A stretch of 32,000 nucleotides of DNA, taken from Promethearchaeum syntrophicum (GTDB taxonomy: Archaea; Asgardarchaeota; Lokiarchaeia; Sigyniarchaeales; Promethearchaeaceae). How positions within the stretch are numbered: the stretch's first letter is position 1; each line of letters opens with the position of its first letter. Both the position numbers and the translations under genes were made by a program. Shown here in pieces: positions 27,484-32,000 of the stretch. Location of the stretch: NCBI RefSeq assembly GCF_008000775.2, contig NZ_CP042905.2, positions 750,001-782,000 on the forward strand, given 5' to 3'. Below the pieces are notes generated by a model, which worked only from the letters and a program-made list of their open reading frames with translations, was not told the origin of the DNA and made no database searches.

Positions 27484-28245
27484 TTATTTTTTATACAAAC
27501 ATATTGCAAGAGGAACACTTGCACTTCTTAGTTCGGCAATTTTTCCATTGTAGTTAAGATCAATTTTATTCCTACCATGATTTCCGATAACTAACATTAA
27601 AGATTTGCTTCTAAGTTGTTTAAATTGGCTTAAAATCCATTTATCTGTTCTTTTAATTAATTTTTGGGTTAATTCTTCTGGAGTATTAATTCCAGTTCTC
27701 TTTCTTTTATTATAAAGTTCTTCAAAATCAAGCCAGTGTAATATACTTAAGTGATGACGGTTAATCACTTTAGCAGCTTCAATCCAAGTTGCCATATCTG
27801 TCGATTTAGCAATGGAAGGAGTCCCCCCATCATATCTTTTTATGTCTTTTTGGCGACCTACAAAAACAGATGATTTTTTGTTTTCTTGAATATACCTTAA
27901 CAAATGAAACCCGTTTGGTTCATAATCAAAGCCTCCAAAAAACATTTGGTGGAACATTCCGAGGGTATAAGGGTTTTTTGTTGATAATAAGACAAGCGCA
28001 TTGGCTTTTGAAATAAGAAATTGGGGTTTATAATAAGTAATCTCGAATAAACCAAAGGAATCTAATACATTGATTATAATTCTATCAACTCCTTTACTTG
28101 CGAATAAATCAACCACCGGTTGGATAGGTTGTGGTATATTTGTCGGAGGGGTAATATTTAATAATTTAAGAATGGTTGCGGGAACACTGGTCAGAGAACC
28201 CTCGAGAGTGGGCATAGCTTCTTGAGATTCGGTCATAATAAACAC
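27484..28245 (-). CDS. Small alkaline-phosphatase-superfamily-like protein (possible phosphodiesterase/nucleotide pyrophosphatase relative)
   Basis: EGSLTSVPATILKLLNITPP, DRIIINVLDSFGLFEI, LMLVIGNHGRNKIDLNYNGKIAELRSASVPLAICL resemble segments of that superfamily. Confidence 0.65.
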   Translation of the reverse strand: MFIMTESQEAMPTLEGSLTSVPATILKLLNITPPTNIPQPIQPVVDLFASKGVDRIIINVLDSFGLFEITYYKPQFLISKANALVLLSTKNPYTLGMFHQMFFGGFDYEPNGFHLLRYIQENKKSSVFVGRQKDIKRYDGGTPSIAKSTDMATWIEAAKVINRHHLSILHWLDFEELYNKRKRTGINTPEELTQKLIKRTDKWILSQFKQLRSKSLMLVIGNHGRNKIDLNYNGKIAELRSASVPLAICLYKK

Positions 28246-28271
28246 TTATAGGTATTTTTCTAGATACTAAG

Positions 28272-28402
28272 TTACTTATGTAAATTTACTTATGTAAATT
28301 TGGATCATTGATTGAAATTACTTTTTAAAGATTTATAAACACAAAGATTTTTCTTGAATTTGTGTTAAATAAGTAAATTTACTTATGTAAATATTTGATC
28401 AT
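28272..28402. promoter_or_regulatory. Putative operator cluster: three perfect TTACTTATGTAAAT copies plus the palindrome AAGTAAATTTACTT
   Basis: Copies at 28272-28285, 28286-28299 and 28379-28392; palindrome at 28371-28384; copies 2 and 3 are each followed by (g/t)GATCATT. Lies between divergent genes. Confidence 0.7.
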
Positions 28403-28428
28403 TAAATTATATGGAGAGAATTTTTTAA

Positions 28429-31038
28429 ATGTACAATCCCATTCAAATTATCTTCAAATGTAATTCAATAGAAAAAAACATGCATCTACAAGACAGAGAC
28501 CTTTCGGTTCATATCCTCCCTTATCCTAACCAAATTTCTATTTCCAACCTTCAGATTTGTCTTCCATTAAATGTGAAAGGATTTTTGAAAAACATTAGTG
28601 CATCTCATGATTTACTAAAGCAAATTCAATCTGAAATGGAAAAAGATTTTCAAATAAACGTTGAATGGGAAAGGATCAATTTAGAAAGATATAAAAAAGA
28701 TTTAGGTATTCTAAATTCAGATCAAGAAAAAGAAGGGTATGTTTTAAATATTGAAAGTGAAGAAATTATAATTCAAGCGGCTTCATTAAATGGTTTGTTT
28801 TATGGATTTCAATCCCTTAGACAGATTCTTTTAGGGGCTTTTCAATTCAAATCTGAAAATAGTGAAGGCTTCATCCTTCCTCAATTAAATATCGTTGATT
28901 GGCCATGTCTGAAAATAAGAGGCATCGCTGATGATATTTCACGTGGACAAGTACCGACAATTGAGAGTGCTAAGCATTTTATTAGAGATATTAGTAGATT
29001 TAAAAATAATTATTATGCTCTATATATGGAAGATATGTTTAAATGTTCAAAACATCCAAAAATAGGAAAAAACCGTGGAGCATTTACACCTGAAGAATTA
29101 ATTGAATTGGATCGTTATGCAAAATCGCGTTTTGTTACTTTAATTCCGATTTTTGAAACATTAGGTCATTTTGATAACATTCTAACAATTCCAGAATATC
29201 AAAATCTTGGAGAATTCCCAGGAGCTCAATGTTTATCTATAGCGAATGGGAATATTTATCCTCTTTTACGAGATTTCATTGGAGAATTAAGCCCATGTTT
29301 TTCTTCAAAAATGATCCATATTGGTGGTGATGAATCTTTTGATTTTGGAAAGGGAAATTCAAAGGATTTAATTGATGCAGTTGGAATGGATAGAGCTTTA
29401 TTAGATCATTATCGTAAGATATATAATATTTCTAAAGAAAGCGGTAATGAAAAAATGATCATATATCATGATGTAGTTATGAAATATCCACTTCTACTTA
29501 ACCAATTGCCCAAAGATCTAATTTTTATGTATTGGGATTATGTCCCCAAAAAAAACTATGTAAAACTTAAGAGAATAGTAGAAGAGGGATTTCCTGTAAT
29601 TGTTAGCCCTTCAATGTTATGTTGGAGTAGACATTTTCCGAATTATAATGTTTCGGCAGTGAATATAATTAATTTAATTGAATATGCCAAAGGGATAATG
29701 AAGGACTCCGATCAAATTCTTGGGCAATTAAATAGTACTTGGGGTGATTTTTCCAATCATAATTTGCGAGAAAATAATATTTATGGGGCAATTCTCTCAG
29801 GAACTGCCAGTTGGACTATTTCAAAGGTAGATTATAAATCTTTTATTAAAGATTTAGGTTATTGTTTTTTTGGTTTGAAAAAATTAAGTGATATAAATGA
29901 TTTCTATCACATATTCTTTAATTTAACCAATATCAATAAATTTTATCAGAGAAGACCAAGAGTCGCTATTCAAAATTTCTATAATTTCTTATATCGCCAT
30001 CCTTTTTTTGATGAAAAACTAAAACCAAATTGCAGAAATTATAAAAAAATATTAACAAACATAGTAGAGATCATTAGTAAATTTAATAATTTAAATGGGA
30101 AAATTTCAATTAATTTTGAATATCTACCTTATATTGAATATTCTATAAAAATTGCTCAGATTTTTGCAGAGAAAGATGTACTTAGGGTAAATATAAATTC
30201 AAAATTGAAGAACTATGAATCCGGAGCAATACCAACTGAAATCAAGGAAGAAATTTCTAAAAATCTAAAATTTTTCAAACAAAAAATCAAATATCTATTA
30301 ATAGAATACGAAAGATTATGGAAATTTTGTGCGAAGGAACCGAATCTTCAATATCCGTTAACAAAATTTAAAAATCTATATAAATTTATTGAAGAGAAAG
30401 AAAAACAAATAGAAAATGATATCACTTTTATAAATCCACTATTACCTTCAGCTTATATCTGGACTAATGAACGTATTTCCTATCCAAAATCAAGGTATTT
30501 TCGAAAAGAAATCTATATTGAGGGGAAAATCTTAGAAGCAAAAATTCAAGCAATTATTGGCAATTTTGGTCATATTTCCATTAATGGGGAATATATTGGA
30601 ACTGTTTCAAGTCGTTTTTCGCTTTCAATTCTGCCTTTGAAAAATTCAATTCGCGTTTTTGATATTAAAAACCATTTAAAAACAGGGAAAAATATAATTG
30701 AGATAGATGCTAACCATTATCTCGAAACTAAGGGATTTTTAAATATATATATGGTGTATAAAGAAGAAAAATTAGATAAATCGATTCTAAATCACGAAAT
30801 TATATCTGATTCTTCATGGATGTATATTTATGATAAAACCCCAATTGAAAAAAAATGGAAAAGTGTCAAAGTTCTCGGTTATTCACCAAAAATTAATAGT
30901 TATATATACAAACCTTCTTTACTTGATGGAGAAAGAAGTTATACCGAGGATACCTTTGGTTTTAAAAATCGCTATTATTTCATTTCTCTAATATTTGGAA
31001 AATTTCTTGCCAAAATTATTCGATTTTTCATAGCTTAA
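28429..31038 (+). CDS. Glycoside hydrolase family 20-like beta-N-acetylhexosaminidase, apparently without a signal peptide
   Basis: LNGLFYGFQSLRQIL, GIADDISRGQVPTIE, TLIPIFETLGHFDNIL, and MIHIGGDESFDFG (GH20 H-x-G-G-D-E motif). Confidence 0.85.
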   Translation: MYNPIQIIFKCNSIEKNMHLQDRDLSVHILPYPNQISISNLQICLPLNVKGFLKNISASHDLLKQIQSEMEKDFQINVEWERINLERYKKDLGILNSDQEKEGYVLNIESEEIIIQAASLNGLFYGFQSLRQILLGAFQFKSENSEGFILPQLNIVDWPCLKIRGIADDISRGQVPTIESAKHFIRDISRFKNNYYALYMEDMFKCSKHPKIGKNRGAFTPEELIELDRYAKSRFVTLIPIFETLGHFDNILTIPEYQNLGEFPGAQCLSIANGNIYPLLRDFIGELSPCFSSKMIHIGGDESFDFGKGNSKDLIDAVGMDRALLDHYRKIYNISKESGNEKMIIYHDVVMKYPLLLNQLPKDLIFMYWDYVPKKNYVKLKRIVEEGFPVIVSPSMLCWSRHFPNYNVSAVNIINLIEYAKGIMKDSDQILGQLNSTWGDFSNHNLRENNIYGAILSGTASWTISKVDYKSFIKDLGYCFFGLKKLSDINDFYHIFFNLTNINKFYQRRPRVAIQNFYNFLYRHPFFDEKLKPNCRNYKKILTNIVEIISKFNNLNGKISINFEYLPYIEYSIKIAQIFAEKDVLRVNINSKLKNYESGAIPTEIKEEISKNLKFFKQKIKYLLIEYERLWKFCAKEPNLQYPLTKFKNLYKFIEEKEKQIENDITFINPLLPSAYIWTNERISYPKSRYFRKEIYIEGKILEAKIQAIIGNFGHISINGEYIGTVSSRFSLSILPLKNSIRVFDIKNHLKTGKNIIEIDANHYLETKGFLNIYMVYKEEKLDKSILNHEIISDSSWMYIYDKTPIEKKWKSVKVLGYSPKINSYIYKPSLLDGERSYTEDTFGFKNRYYFISLIFGKFLAKIIRFFIA

Positions 31039-31088
31039 CACAAGATAAGATAAAATTTTTTTACTTAGTATTTCTTAATCCATTTAAT

Positions 31089-32000
31089 ATGGAACTTTTG
31101 TTTATAGATTGTGAATATTCGGGCATTTCAGGGGATTTATTGTTATCAAGCTTAAGTTCCATAATAGGAATTGATAAAGTAAAAGCTTATCTCGAAAAAA
31201 TTTTAAATAATCTCCCAGTAAAGCAAAATTTTTCAATGGATTTCATATCTAAGAAAACCAATGGTATTATAGGAAATTATTTCAATTTTCAAATAAAAAA
31301 TCACGATTTAAATTCTCATCTAGCTACAATTTCTTCCAAAAAAGATCAAAATTTTGTTGTTCGTCCAGAAAAACATGACCATTCTACATATAAAATTCAG
31401 GATATGAGAAAAGATCTTAATTTAGCATTAAATTTATTTGATTCCAAAGAAACTACTAAGGAAGTTGCACGAATTGCTTTGGAAAAGATTTTTTCTGCGG
31501 AATCTCAAGTTCATGGTATTCCATTAGAGGAAGTTCATCTACATGAAATTGGATCAATAGATACAATTATCGATATATCTGGTACTATGTTCTGTCTTCA
31601 AGAATTGGGAGTATTTAATGAAACTAACAATACACAAATTTTTATTTCACCAGTTAACGTTGGAAATGGAAAAATTAAAACTGCACACGGAATAATGCAA
31701 GTTCCTGCTCCCGCTACCGCTAAAATATTAGAATTAAACCAAATTAGCTTTATTTTTGGCGCAGTCAATTTTGAACTTGCGACACCTACTGGGGTTGCGA
31801 TATTAGCTAGTCTTAAAGAATTAAAATTACTTTCAGAAAAAAAACCAACGTTTCCATATAAAATAAAAAAAATTGGAAAGGGTGTTGGAACTTATGACTT
31901 ACCAAATCAAGCAAATTTATTACGAGTTTTTTATGGATATAAAGAAAATTTGACCTATAATGACAATAAAACAAATCGTTATTCAACAATTTACACTTTA
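31089..32000 (+). CDS. larC: LarC-like nickel-pincer cofactor biosynthesis protein, truncated at the window's right edge
   Basis: Own translation from ATG 31089, open to the end: MELLFIDCEYSGISGDLLLSSLSSIIG...VHLHEIGSIDTIIDISGTMF...PVNVGNGKIKTAHGIMQVPAPATAKIL...ELATPTGVAIL. Absent from the ORF track because it runs off the window. Confidence 0.92.
   Translation, partial: MELLFIDCEYSGISGDLLLSSLSSIIGIDKVKAYLEKILNNLPVKQNFSMDFISKKTNGIIGNYFNFQIKNHDLNSHLATISSKKDQNFVVRPEKHDHSTYKIQDMRKDLNLALNLFDSKETTKEVARIALEKIFSAESQVHGIPLEEVHLHEIGSIDTIIDISGTMFCLQELGVFNETNNTQIFISPVNVGNGKIKTAHGIMQVPAPATAKILELNQISFIFGAVNFELATPTGVAILASLKELKLLSEKKPTFPYKIKKIGKGVGTYDLPNQANLLRVFYGYKENLTYNDNKTNRYSTIYTL

Noticed and set aside
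1-32000. CRISPR array, transposon ends, prophage, or toxin-antitoxin/defence island
   Set aside because: No spaced identical repeats, transposase, integrase, nuclease-helicase or phage structural genes were recognised. The AbrB-type domain is fused to ACT and has no neighbouring toxin.
1-32000. tRNA or rRNA genes in intergenic regions
   Set aside because: No cloverleaf-like T-arm (GGTTCGAATCC-type) or rRNA-like blocks seen by eye. A tRNAscan-SE run would be needed to exclude intron-containing archaeal tRNAs.

Overview
AT-rich archaeal chromosomal window. Family-level recognition from the supplied translations suggests an Asgard archaeon: aIF1A, a Spt5/NusG-type factor with a long acidic tail, an eL22 (L22e)-like ribosomal protein, a thermosome subunit, a KH/beta-CASP RNase (aCPSF1/FttA), TrmB and AbrB-ACT regulators, and two leucine-rich-repeat proteins. 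Metabolic genes include a RuBisCO large subunit immediately downstream of a ribose-1,5-bisphosphate isomerase and purE, a CitG-like protein, aroD/aroE, an NapH-like ferredoxin, a GH20-like protein, a degenerate GH2-like protein and a 3'-truncated larC. I see no CRISPR array, transposase, integrase, rRNA or tRNA. The observations most worth following up are: (1) the minus-strand cluster purE - R15P isomerase - rbcL - eL22-like - citG-like, with an oversized RuBisCO that keeps all the catalytic residues; (2) a C-terminal module shared by two otherwise different LRR proteins about 13 kb apart; (3) a probable operator made of three perfect 14-bp TTACTTATGTAAAT copies between the divergent alkaline-phosphatase-like and GH20-like genes; (4) a two-ORF locus at 517-3877 of unknown function that may be one frameshifted gene or a gene pair; (5) a GH2-like protein that appears to have lost its catalytic motif; (6) aroD, whose conserved N-terminal strand lies upstream of any standard start codon. 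I do not find convincing evidence of a new defence or mobile system.
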